Assembly: GCA_950097015.1 (NCBI GenBank)
Contig: CATNEN010000039.1
Span: 18,848,001-18,912,000, forward strand
Direction of reading: 5' to 3'
DNA from: Macrostomum hystrix
Taxonomy: Eukaryota > Animalia > Platyhelminthes
Length of the DNA: 64,000 nucleotides
Position numbers and translations under genes: made by a program. The notes under the pieces are model-generated. The model was not told the origin of the DNA and did no database searches. It saw nothing but the letters and a program-made list of their open reading frames with translations. This document shows, in pieces, positions 45,701 through 54,803 of this stretch. Numbering within the stretch: the stretch's first letter is position 1; each line of letters begins with the position of its first letter.

Positions 45701-48700
45701 GTAGAGTAGGACGTAGATTGGTAGAGTAGGACGTAGATTGGTAGAGTAGGACGTAGATTGGTAGAGTAGGATGTAGATTGGTAGAGTAGGATGTAGATTG
45801 GTAGAGTAGGACGTAGATTGGTAGAGTAGGACATAGATTGGTAGAGTAGGATGTAGATTGGTAGAGTGGAATATAGATTGGTAGAGTAGGATGTAGATTG
45901 GTAGAGTAGGACGTAGATTGGTAGAGTAGGACGTAGATTGGTAGAGTAGGATGTAGATTGGTAGAGTAGGATGTAGATTGGTAGAGTGGAATATAGATTG
46001 GTAGAGTAGGATGTAGATTGGTAGAGTAGGACGTAGATTGGTAGAGTAGGACGTAGATTGGTAGAGTAGGACGTAGATTGGTAGAGTAGGATGTAGATTG
46101 GTAGAGTAGGACGTAGATTGGTAGAGTAGGACGTAGATTGGTAGAGTAGGATGTAGATTGGTAGAGTAGGATGTAGATTGGTAGAGTGGAATATAGATTG
46201 GTAGAGTAGGATGTAGATTCGTAGAGTAGGACGTAGATTGGTAGAGTAGGACGTAGATTGGTAGAGTAGGATGTAGATTGGTAGAGTAGGATGTAGATTT
46301 GTAGAGTAGAGTGTAGATTGGTAGAGTGGAATGTAGATTGGTAGAGTAGGATGTAGATTTGTAGAGTAGAGTGTAGATTGGTAGAGTAGGATGTAGATTT
46401 GTAGAGTAGAGTGTAGATTGGTAGAGTGGAATGTAGTTTGGTAGAGTAGAGTGTAGATTGGTAGAGTGGAATGTAGATTGGTAGAGTAGGATGTAGATTT
46501 GTAGAGTAGAGTGTTGATTGGTAGAGTGGAATGTAGTTTGGTAGAGTAGAGTGTAGATTGGTAGAGTGGGATGTAGATTGGTAGAGTAGGATGTAGATTG
46601 AGTGGGTTATAGAACTTGAAAAGAATAAGCACGTTGAACATTAGAGATTACCTAGGAATGCAATTTGCACAGCAGCCTCTGTTTCAGTCTCCCCCGGGTC
46701 AAGACATCAGCCAAGGCGTTAGGAAAATATTGGGTCACAAGGCGTCCAGAAGATCCCATCTAGCAAAAGACAAAAATATGATGAAAAAAGGATTAGGTTC
46801 GTGACTTTTTTCTCACCTGGGGAGGGGAGGGTCAGTTTCTCGCCCAAAGTTGATAGGGGAGTAGGCAAAGTGCCACCGCAACATTTTCCCCCTGTGGATT
46901 GCGCAATACCTATGATAAATGTAGATTGTCACGTGTGAGACAGGGAGAGGAGCAGACTGAGAGATGCAGGGAGTGGAGAGTGAGAAAATGAGACTGAGAG
47001 ATGCAGGGAGTCGAGAGAGAGAATGAGACTGAGAGATGCAGGGAGTGGAGAGTGAGAGAATGAGACTGAGAGATGCAGGGAGTGCAGAGAGAATGAGACT
47101 GAGAGATGAAGGGAGTGCAGAGAGAGAATGAGACTGAGAGATGCAGGGAGTGCAGAGAGAGAATGAGACTGAGTGATGCAGGGAGTGGAGAGAGAATGAG
47201 ACTGAGAGATGCAGGGAGTGCAGAGAGAGAATGAGACTGAGAGATGAAGGGAGTGCAGAGAGAGAATGAGACTGAGAGATGCAGGGAGTGCAGAGAGAGA
47301 ATGAGACTGAGAGATGCAGGGAGTGGAGAGAAAGAGAGAGAGAATGAGACTGAGAGATGCAGGGAGTGGAGAGAAAGAGAGAGAGAATGAGACTGAGAGA
47401 TGCAGGGAGTGGAGAGAGAGAATGAGACTGAGAGATGCAGGGAGTGCAGAGAGAGAATGAGACTAAGAGATGCAGGGAGTGGAGAGAGAGAGAATGAGAC
47501 TGAGAGATGCAGGGAGTGCAGAGAGAATGAGACTGAGAGATGCAGGGAGTGCAGAGAGAGAATGAGACTGAGAGATGCAGGGAGTGGAGAGAGAGAATGA
47601 GACTGAGAGATGCAGGGAGGGCAGAGAGAGAATGAGACTGAGAGATGCAGGGAGTGCAGAGAGAGAATGAGACTAAGAGATGCAGGGAGTGGAGAGAGAG
47701 AGAATGAGACTGAGAGATGCAGGGAGTGCAGAGAGAATGAGACTGAGAGATGCAGGGAGTGCAGAGAGAGAATGAGACTGAGAGATGCAGGGAGTGGAGA
47801 GAGAGAATGAGACTGAGAGATGCAGGAAGTGCAGAGAGAGAATGAGACTGAGAGATGCAGGGAGTGCAGAGAGAGAATGAGACTGAGAGATGCAGGGAGT
47901 GGAGAGAGAGAATGAGACTGAGAGATGCAGGGAGTGCAGATAGAGAATGAGACTGAGAGATGCAGGGAGTGGAGAGAGAGAGAATGAGACTGAGAGATGC
48001 AGGGAGTGGAGAGAGAGAATGAGACTGAGAGATGCAGGGAGTGGAGAGAAAGAGAGAGAGAATGAGACTGAGAGATGCAGGGAGTGGAGAGAAAGAGAGA
48101 GAGAATGAGACTGAGAGATGCAGGGAGTGGAGAGAGAGAATGAGACTGAGAGATGCAGGGAGTGCAGAGAGAGAATGAGACTAAGAGATGCAGGGAGTGG
48201 AGAGAGAGAGAATGAGACTGAGAGATGCAGGGAGTGCAGAGAGAATGAGACTGAGAGATGCAGGGAGTGCAGAGAGAGAATGAGACTGAGAGATGCAGGG
48301 AGTGGAGAGAGAGAATGAGACTGAGAGATGCAGGGAGTGGAGAGAGAATGAGACTGAGAGATGAAGGGAGTGCAGAGAGAGAATGAGACTGAGAGATGCA
48401 GGGAGTGCAGAGAGAGAATGAGACTGAGAGATGCAGGGAGTGGAGAGAAAGAGAGAGAGAATGAGACTGAGAGATGCAGGGAGTGGAGAGAGAATGAGAC
48501 TGAGAGATGCAGGGAGTGGAGAGAGAGAGAATGAGACTGAGAGATGCAGGGAGTGCAGAGAGAGAATGAGACTGAGAGATGCAGGGAGTGGAGAGAAAGA
48601 GAGAGAGAATGAGACTGAGAGATGCAGGGAGTGCAGAGAGAGAATGAGACTGAGAGATGCAGGGAGTGGAGAGAGAGAGAATGAGACTGAGAGATGCAGG

Positions 48701-50412
48701 GAGTGGAGAGAGAGAATGAGACTGAGAGATGCAGGGAGTGGAGAGAAAGAGAGAGAGAATGAGACTGAGAGATGCAGGGAGTGGAGAGAGAATGAGACTG
48801 AGAGATGCAGGGAGTGGAGAGAGAGAGAATGAGACTGAGAGATGCAGGGAGTGGAGAGAGAGAATGAGACTGAGAGATGCAGGGAGTGGAGAGAAAGAGA
48901 GAGAGAATGAGACTGAGAGATGCAGGGAGTGGAGAGAGAATGAGACTGAGAGATGCAGGGAGTGGAGAGAGAGAGAATGAGACTGAGAGATGCAGGGAGT
49001 GGAGAGAGAGAATGAGACTGAGAGATGCAGGGAGTGGAGAGAAAGAGAGAGAGAATGAGACTGAGAGATGCAGGGAGTGGAGAGAGAGACAAAAGCAGAC
49101 ATATTTAGAGTAAGGTTTTAAATTTCTAATGCACTGCATATCATAGTTTGAATCCTGCACAAAATGACCCAAAACGGCATATTACGGCGCATCATACGAC
49201 AAGCGAAGTTAAACTATTTGCTATATGTTGCTACGCAGTGATTATAGATAACAGGCTCAGAAGTTGAACTGTAGGAATAAAGACTGATCAGATTGCATTT
49301 GCCAGACTGTACCCAGATAGAATTACTAGTGAATTCCAGTGGCAAAGAGCAGATTAATGGAACTCATTCTGCAGTTGAGTTCAGCTTGATCTGCCTAATG
49401 GTTTTATAGCTGACTGCAAAACCGGTCTCAGTCTGCTAAGTTTTAGCCCGAAATTTAATATCAAAATAAAATATAATCAAATCAGAAATCTCAGCGCCCA
49501 CCTGCGTCGGCTCCACCGGCATTTTCTGAGCAGTCTGAGTCTGAGTCTGAGCAGGGCTGGACTGAGACCACCTGTAATAATTGCAGAATTGGATTGTTGA
49601 GACATTCAAACCGTGCTCTGCGTGACATCAGTCCGATTAAGGCTCAGTCTCACCCCAATCCTAGCTCAGTCTCACCCCAATCCTAGCTCAGTCTCACCCC
49701 AATCCTAGCTCAGTCTCACCCCGATCCTAGCTCATTCTCACCCCAATCCTAGCTCAGTCTCACCCCAATCCTAGCTCAGTCTCACCCCAATCCTAGCTCA
49801 GTCTCACCCCAATCCTAGCTCAGTCTCACCCCAATCCTAGCTCAGTATCACCCCAATCCTAGCTCAGTCTCACCCCAATCCTAGCTCAGTCTCACCCCAA
49901 TCCTAGCTCAGTATCACCCCAATCTCATTCTCACCCCAATCCTAGCTCAGTCTCACCCCAATCCTAGCTCAGTCTCACCCCAATCCTAGCTCAGTCTCAC
50001 CCCAATCCTAGCTCAGTATCACCCCAATCCTAGCTCAGTCTCAACCCAATCCTAGCTCAGTCTCACCCCAATCCTAGCTCAGTCTCACCCCAATCCTAGC
50101 TCAGTATCACCCCAATCCTAGCTCAGTCTCAACCCAATCCTAGCTCAGTCTCACCCCAATCCTAGCTCAGTCTCACCCCAATCCTAGCTCAGTCTCACCC
50201 CAATCCTAGCTCAGTCTCACCCCAATCCTAGCTCAGTCTCACCCTTTTTTAAACTCAATCTCACCCTTTTTTAAGCTCAATCTCACCCTTATCTGGGCTC
50301 AATCTCACTCTTATCTAAGCTCAATCTCACCCCAACCCATTTAGCACAGGTTTTGTCTCACCGCGCCGTGCAGGCACGCCAGTATGACTGCCAACTCGCA
50401 GACGCGTTTCAT
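23036..50412 (-). CDS. ROS1: Sevenless/ROS1-type receptor tyrosine kinase, multi-exon. Well-supported exons: 23036-23652, 24087-24259, 24954-25088, 25276-26122 (kinase), 26198-26290 (TM), 26391-26693, 27320-27442, 27517-27585, 30494-30897, 31007-31279, 31855-32049, 32249-32842, 33945-34264. Further exons lie upstream. Putative first coding exons 49502-49571 and 50362-50412
   Basis: Kinase motifs LGSGAFG.V.EG, AVK, HRDIAARNCLV, KIGDFGLARDVYRSEYYKK, LPVRWMSPEAL.DGVFSTQSDVWAFGVL.WE..TLGQQPY (ROS/Sev-like). TM segment LSLVTLMLLGALVILLLGSLPLLAYFLC. The ectodomain has FN3 repeats (LDGLVPFTRYQ; SAVNQYGAGP) and YWTD-like propeller motifs (GFDWLRDNLLW, AVDWVARHVY, YEWLSGSLFW). Signal peptide MKRVCELAVILACLHGA|VVS. 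5' exon structure is only partly resolved. Confidence 0.85.
23705..24055 (+). mobile_element. SINE family A copy
   Basis: A box TGGCAGAGCGG, B box GAGTTCGATTCC, conserved body, ATT-rich tail. Confidence 0.88.
24385..24784 (-). mobile_element. SINE family A variant with an extra 5' leader of about 70 bp
   Basis: Near-identical to 21036-21440. Confidence 0.85.
26817..27265. repeat. 47-bp higher-order minisatellite (alternating 23- and 24-bp GGAGTGACATT.TGAAG units)
   Basis: Alternating ggagtgacattatgaagacccac and ggagtgacattctgaagtccctag. Confidence 0.93.
27712..30420. repeat. 23-bp minisatellite (ATTCCACTGGCCTGATTCTCATC), about 117 copies
   Basis: 23-nt periodicity over 2.7 kb of an RTK intron. 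Confidence 0.97.
33277..33637 (-). mobile_element. SINE family A, full-length copy
   Basis: GGGGTCGGTGGCAGAGCGG head, AAGTTCGATTCC B box, full body and tail. Confidence 0.9.
35129..35481 (+). mobile_element. SINE family A, full-length copy
   Basis: A and B boxes plus the full body. Confidence 0.9.
36870..37043 (-). mobile_element. SINE family A, internally deleted copy
   Basis: The head and the tail match the family; the central part is missing. Confidence 0.8.
38590..39205 (+). mobile_element. Decayed Ty3/Gypsy pol fragment (RNase H + integrase) in an RTK intron
   Basis: ELLALVWSLK..DH, DPEGRLA, LQQFSFSLLYRP.GRENVVPDA (RNase H); LRSDQGQQFES, LGIEKTRTSPFHPSGN, NQQDWDLKLPYVTWAYN (integrase). 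Contains stops and frameshifts. Confidence 0.85.
39961..40234 (-). mobile_element. Probable short non-autonomous Helitron
   Basis: The minus strand starts TCTTCTCTTATGTCTAAAA and ends with an imperfect hairpin (CGAATTTAGGAATTTCG) followed by CAACAACTAG|T. No TIR or TSD. Internal repeated CCAATCAG motifs. Confidence 0.55.
40762..40912 (+). mobile_element. SINE family A, internal fragment
   Basis: Matches the central body of the family. Confidence 0.82.
41190..41420 (-). mobile_element. SINE family B (tRNA head plus conserved central domain)
   Basis: Minus strand has TAGGCGTAGTGG (A-box-like), GAGTTCGAGTC (B box), then CCAGCTGTTAAAAGGGGAACC, which resembles the widespread ccagctgtaaatgggtacc SINE central motif. 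Confidence 0.6.
41638..41890 (+). mobile_element. SINE family A, partial copy
   Basis: Matches the family from the B box to GAATTGCCTCCT. Confidence 0.82.
43046..44117. repeat. 33-bp minisatellite (CACTCTCTCCTTCAGTGTCCATGGGTGCTTGGT), about 32 copies with a 330-bp higher-order duplication
   Basis: 33-nt periodicity; the variant pattern recurs at +330. Confidence 0.96.
44447..46600. repeat. 20-bp minisatellite (GTAGATTGGTAGAGTAGGAY), about 107 copies
   Basis: Strict 20-nt periodicity. Confidence 0.97.
46954..49090. repeat. Purine-rich minisatellite GAATGAGACTGAGAGATGCAGGGAGTGS(AG)n, unit about 34-44 bp
   Basis: Constant core with a variable (AG)n spacer. Confidence 0.96.
49643..50336. repeat. 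22-bp minisatellite (CTCAGTCTCACCCCAATCCTAG), about 30 copies
   Basis: 22-nt periodicity, degenerating toward the right edge. Confidence 0.95.
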
Positions 50413-51441
50413 TCTGCAGTGGCCGTAGAAAAGCAAAATAAATAGGTTAAAACCATAGATCTTATTATGGTGTACAACATCTGTGGTTAAAACATGGAAT
50501 ACTTTTGTGTTTCAGCAAACGGCTGTGTGCAGCTTTGCCAAATGTCTACTGTTAAAAGAAGATACTGCTATTTTTAAACACACCAATCGTTAATTTATGA
50601 TCGTCTGCATTTTCAGCATTATCAGTTTTGACAATTGTTGCAAGTCTGAAAGTTTTTAAAAAGTCCAATTCTAAAAAAATAATGCTTAGCCAGAAAAGTT
50701 ACCTTTCAGGGCTGGGGAATGCCCCGCAGACCATGCCGTGTGAGCCGGTTTTTCAAAGCAATTAAGAACTGACTGAACAGATAGCTAGGAAAACAGCAAT
50801 TCTCGACCTATTTTAGTTTGAATAATAAAGAAAAAACACAAACAGACAACTGGAAGTGTCCGCTGCGGGGGGAATTTTATCCCTCCTGCACAAGTTAGTT
50901 AAATGGGGGGAGGAGAACAGGGTACCAATGGGATCTGTGAAGAGCTGTGCAACGAATCGCCCCCGTTGGGATGTCGGCCAACATTCGTAGACCCATTGGA
51001 CCTCGCCCTATAAGCCTCAGCGCCCTCTCAGCTCTGAAATTTTTTTTCATCGAATCGTTAAAATCAAGCTTTCTAAGCTTTCAGTTTTAATTGTAGTTGC
51101 AGTTAATTGAAGTTTTCCGGCTAAAAGTTTTGCGATGACAAAAATTAAACTAGGATCACATTCTATTTGAACAGAAAATAGTTGGCCTCACATTTAACTG
51201 CAGCCCCAACTGTTGAAGCTGATTGTAGTTTAGTTAAGTGTAAAATGTAGTTCCAAATTCTGTTTTCCGCCAATCGGAGAATGATTTTTATAACCACAGT
51301 TAGAATCCCATGTTTTATGCCGAACGGCTTCTTGATTTCACAACAGGCCATGTTTCATTGTCGAGCTCCACTTCTGTTTGATTAATGTCGAAAGTGTTTT
51401 TGATTTAGCAAAATATAATTTAGAAACTTTAGCTTATATCT

Positions 51442-52066
51442 TAGCTAGAACAGCAGCTAGAACCGCAGCTAGAACCGCAGCAGCAATCGAATCTAGAACC
51501 GTAGCTAAAAGCGCTGCAGAAGCCGTTTTGCTGCAGGAACCGTAGCTAGAATCGCAGCAGGAATCGAAGCTAGAACCGTAGAAGGAATCGTAGCTAGATG
51601 CGCTACAGAAACCGTTGCTAGAATCGCAGCAGGAATCGCAGCTGGAATCGCTGCAAGAGCTATAGCTAGAAACGCTGCAGGAACCATAGCTAGAATCGCA
51701 GCAGGAACCGTAGCTAGAATCGTATCAGGAACCGTAGCTAGAATCGTAGCAGGAACCGTAGCTAGAATCGTAGCAGGAACCGTAGCTAGAATCGCAGCAG
51801 GAATCGAAGCTAGAACCGTAGAAGGAATCGTAGCTAGATGCGCTGCAGAAACCGTTGCTAGAATCGCAGCAGGAATCGCAGCTGGAATCGCTGCAAGAGC
51901 TATAGCTGGAATCGCTGCAGGAACCGTAGCTAGAGTCGCAGCAGAAACCATAGCTAGAATCGACGGAGGAATCGTAGCTAGAAACACTGCAGACAGTGTA
52001 GCTAGAATCGCAGCAGGAAAATAGCTATATAGTTGCAACAGATATAGTAAAATCACTGCAGGAATC
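51442..52066. repeat. Degenerate 12/24-bp minisatellite (GCTAGAATCGCAGCAGGAACCGTA) with a 240-bp duplication
   Basis: 12-nt subunit periodicity; the block at about 51530-51680 recurs at about 51770-51920. Confidence 0.9.
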
Positions 52067-52635
52067 GATGTTTTATCGGTTGTTTTGTAAAAGCTAGATT
52101 GCATTATAAAATTGACGGGCGTACGTCACCTTTTTATCGCGTCAAGTCATTCACAGAGTGCCTTGAAAATAATTCGGTTCTCGAAGAAAATGACATTCTA
52201 AGAAACGTTTAGCAATGATCTTTCTAGACAGCTGCATCTGGGCAGACCGATGATGAGACAATTGGTCCCAGCCTTGGTTACGGAAAAGTTACTGCAGAAG
52301 ACGGAGTGAGAGACACCTCTGGTTAGCCTCCCCTCCAACTTCGCACAAATAACAATGTCAGTCAAGCAAAAAGTTACCCAACCAGCTGCGGCGACATGCA
52401 TTGCTGTGGCAAAACATGCCGAAACACAAATATTCTGGCATGGCACACTCCCCAGACTTAAGGCCAACCAAATATGACCAAAAAGTTCGCGCTTTTAGCA
52501 GGGCGTGAGTCATCGTCGCACCTCTTGGGGAAGGGGGAACGGCGACAGTAATTCGCCCGTAGCTGACCTGAAAGCTAAGATCTGTAAGATCTGTGTCTTA
52601 TGGAAGGGTCATTTCAGTATTTTTAGCAATACAAA

Positions 52636-52786
52636 CAGAATGGAATAGAATAGAATAGAACAGAATAGAATATAAAATAAAAGAATAGAATAGAATAGAA
52701 TGGAATAGAATGTAATGTAATATAATAGGCTAGAATAGAATAGAAGAGAAATAGAATAGACTCGAATGGAATGGAATAGAATATAA
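52636..52786. repeat. (AATAG)n microsatellite, left part
   Basis: Pentamer repeat interrupted by the LTR element. Confidence 0.92.
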
Positions 52787-53513
52787 TGATGTGCTGTAGA
52801 CTGCTGAGCAGCCTCCAGGCAATCTGTGAGTCAGGCTGTTCTAGGTCTGTGGGAGGGCTAGGGTTGGTAGTTAGTGTTTCCCGTGCACTGTCACTTCCGC
52901 TCGCCACCCCCCTCCTCTCGCGTTCTCTCGTTCCAGCTCTGTCTGCGCACTGAGTCACATTGCACACCATGGTGCAATCGCTTAAGTTCGGAAGAAGACT
53001 GGCATAACAACGCTCAAATGCTCCTACTATAAGTAGAGCACAGTCCGACGAATCCTTGAGATGGTGTTGTTATCATGGTAGCACGACTTCTGTACGAATA
53101 TGCACGTTTCTTGTCTCCAGTCTTCATGCCGCTCGGAACAGTTTGTGATTACTTTCTGTGTCCATTCTTTTGGCTCTCTAAAGATCTTAGACGATTCTTG
53201 TTGGTCTAGGTCACACACTGCATTTAGAAGCTTGGTGTGTCACCCGATCTAGCATAAGATCTGTGAGTTTAGCTAGAACGTGGACTAGGTAGAAGAAGTC
53301 CCGAGAGAACTTAGCTGTCTAAGCCTGACTACCGGATTGTTCCTCTGCTAGGAAGCATCTGAGTGTGAGGCCGGATACTCTCTCTCTCGGAATCTAGTTC
53401 CTGTCTTGGTTATTTGCCAATTGTGTGTGCCACGCTACCACAGGTACAACATTGGTGGCAAAGCGGTGTGATTCGAGTTAGCCTTTTACTCATTCACTGC
53501 GGAAACAGACGCC

Positions 53514-54803
53514 ATGTCCCAAGAGGAATTAGATTCAGAGAGGGAGGAGAGGCAGCAGGTAGCCCGGAGCAAGGAGTCTCGCGGTGGCTGTGCGCTGCAG
53601 GAAGCTGCGGGCAGGAGTCGGTGGAACGGCCGCGGCAACGGCTGTGTCGGCGACGGCGAGGACGGCGAGAGCGACTTCGGCGACGACGACCAGTCTGGCG
53701 GCGAGGACGACGACCGGGGCGCAGCGGCAGCGGCAGCAAGGCGACGACGACCGAGGCTGGACGACAGGGCGACGGCTGACCTGGTGTACCGGATGCTCAA
53801 CCTGATGGAGAAGCAGGTGGAACAACAACAAGGTAGGACGGCGAAGATTGCCAAGTTTTCTCGGGGTCAGGACGTGCATCTGTGGGTGGACGCGTTTGAA
53901 GCGTATTGCGCCCGGGCTGCGATTCGCAGTTCGGAGACACGCAAGGCCCTTCTACTCGACCACCTCGATGTACAGTGCCTGAATGCCGTCCTCAGGATGA
54001 AGCTGCCTGAAGAGCTCACGTATGCCCAGTTCAAGGAGCGTATTGTGGAGCGATTCGCGCCGCTGAGTAGCCCTGAGGAGTACCGAGACGAGTTCCGCAA
54101 TCGCTATCAGAAGAAAGCGGAAACGCTTGATGATTATGCTGATGCGTTGCAGGGACTCGGCGAGCAGGCCTATACCAACCTTCGCCAAAGAGATTTGGAC
54201 TATGAGTTGGTCGACCAGTTTATTAAGGGAGTTCGGACTTCGGTTGAGAACCGCAAGCACCTGCTGCGGACTCGCCCTAGGACACTCCTGGAAGCTAGGC
54301 GAGAGTTAAAGCGCCTAGAGGTGGTCGACGAGGCAGTCCAGAGAGCGAAGGATGGGCCGGCTCGGATGGTGCACGGCGAGGATGAGGAACTGAATGCGCG
54401 GCCGCCACCGCAAGGTGTTACCGCTGCGCTGAAGGGACTCGAATCGCTGATGACCAAGATGGTCGAGGTCCAGGGTCAGCAGCTGCAGCATCAGCAGAAG
54501 ATGCAGGAGATGCTGGTCCAGGCGCTCAGCCGACCACAAGGAGCCGTGCAGCAGGAAGGACCGGCGCCGCCAAGAGGGGCATGCTTTGGTTGCGGGAAGT
54601 TCGGACACCTGAGGCGTGATTGCCCGACGAGGCCACCCAAGCCGCGTTACGAGCACCACACTCGGGGGTACCCGAGAGAGCAACGGCAAGAGCCCAGGCA
54701 GCAGTCCGAGCTGCAGGCCCAAGGCACTCAGACGTCGGGAAACGGGACGGCGAGGAGCACGGACGGCAGTGCCCCTCGCAGTCCAGTTCCTGGACGGGCC
54801 TGA
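53514..54803 (+). CDS. gag: Gag (capsid-like region plus CCHC zinc knuckle), 429 aa
   Basis: FRNRYQKKAETLDDYADAL capsid motif and CFGCGKFGHLRRDC knuckle. Confidence 0.93.
   Translation: MSQEELDSEREERQQVARSKESRGGCALQEAAGRSRWNGRGNGCVGDGEDGESDFGDDDQSGGEDDDRGAAAAAARRRRPRLDDRATADLVYRMLNLMEKQVEQQQGRTAKIAKFSRGQDVHLWVDAFEAYCARAAIRSSETRKALLLDHLDVQCLNAVLRMKLPEELTYAQFKERIVERFAPLSSPEEYRDEFRNRYQKKAETLDDYADALQGLGEQAYTNLRQRDLDYELVDQFIKGVRTSVENRKHLLRTRPRTLLEARRELKRLEVVDEAVQRAKDGPARMVHGEDEELNARPPPQGVTAALKGLESLMTKMVEVQGQQLQHQQKMQEMLVQALSRPQGAVQQEGPAPPRGACFGCGKFGHLRRDCPTRPPKPRYEHHTRGYPREQRQEPRQQSELQAQGTQTSGNGTARSTDGSAPRSPVPGRA
54737..54795 (+). promoter_or_regulatory. -1 ribosomal frameshift signal
   Basis: G GGA AAC slippery heptamer in the gag frame at 54737-54743, a 6-nt spacer, then the stem GCGAGGaGCAC/GTGCcCCTCGC. 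Pol lies in the -1 frame. Confidence 0.8.

Noticed and set aside
43029-49172. Long ORFs of 300-730 aa on both strands
   Set aside because: All lie within the 33-, 20- and about 36-bp tandem arrays inside RTK introns and are open in several frames.
51505-52104. Hydrophobic 199-aa ORF (ATVPAAIL repeats) resembling an antifreeze or membrane protein
   Set aside because: It coincides with a degenerate 12/24-bp tandem repeat and has no splice or expression support.
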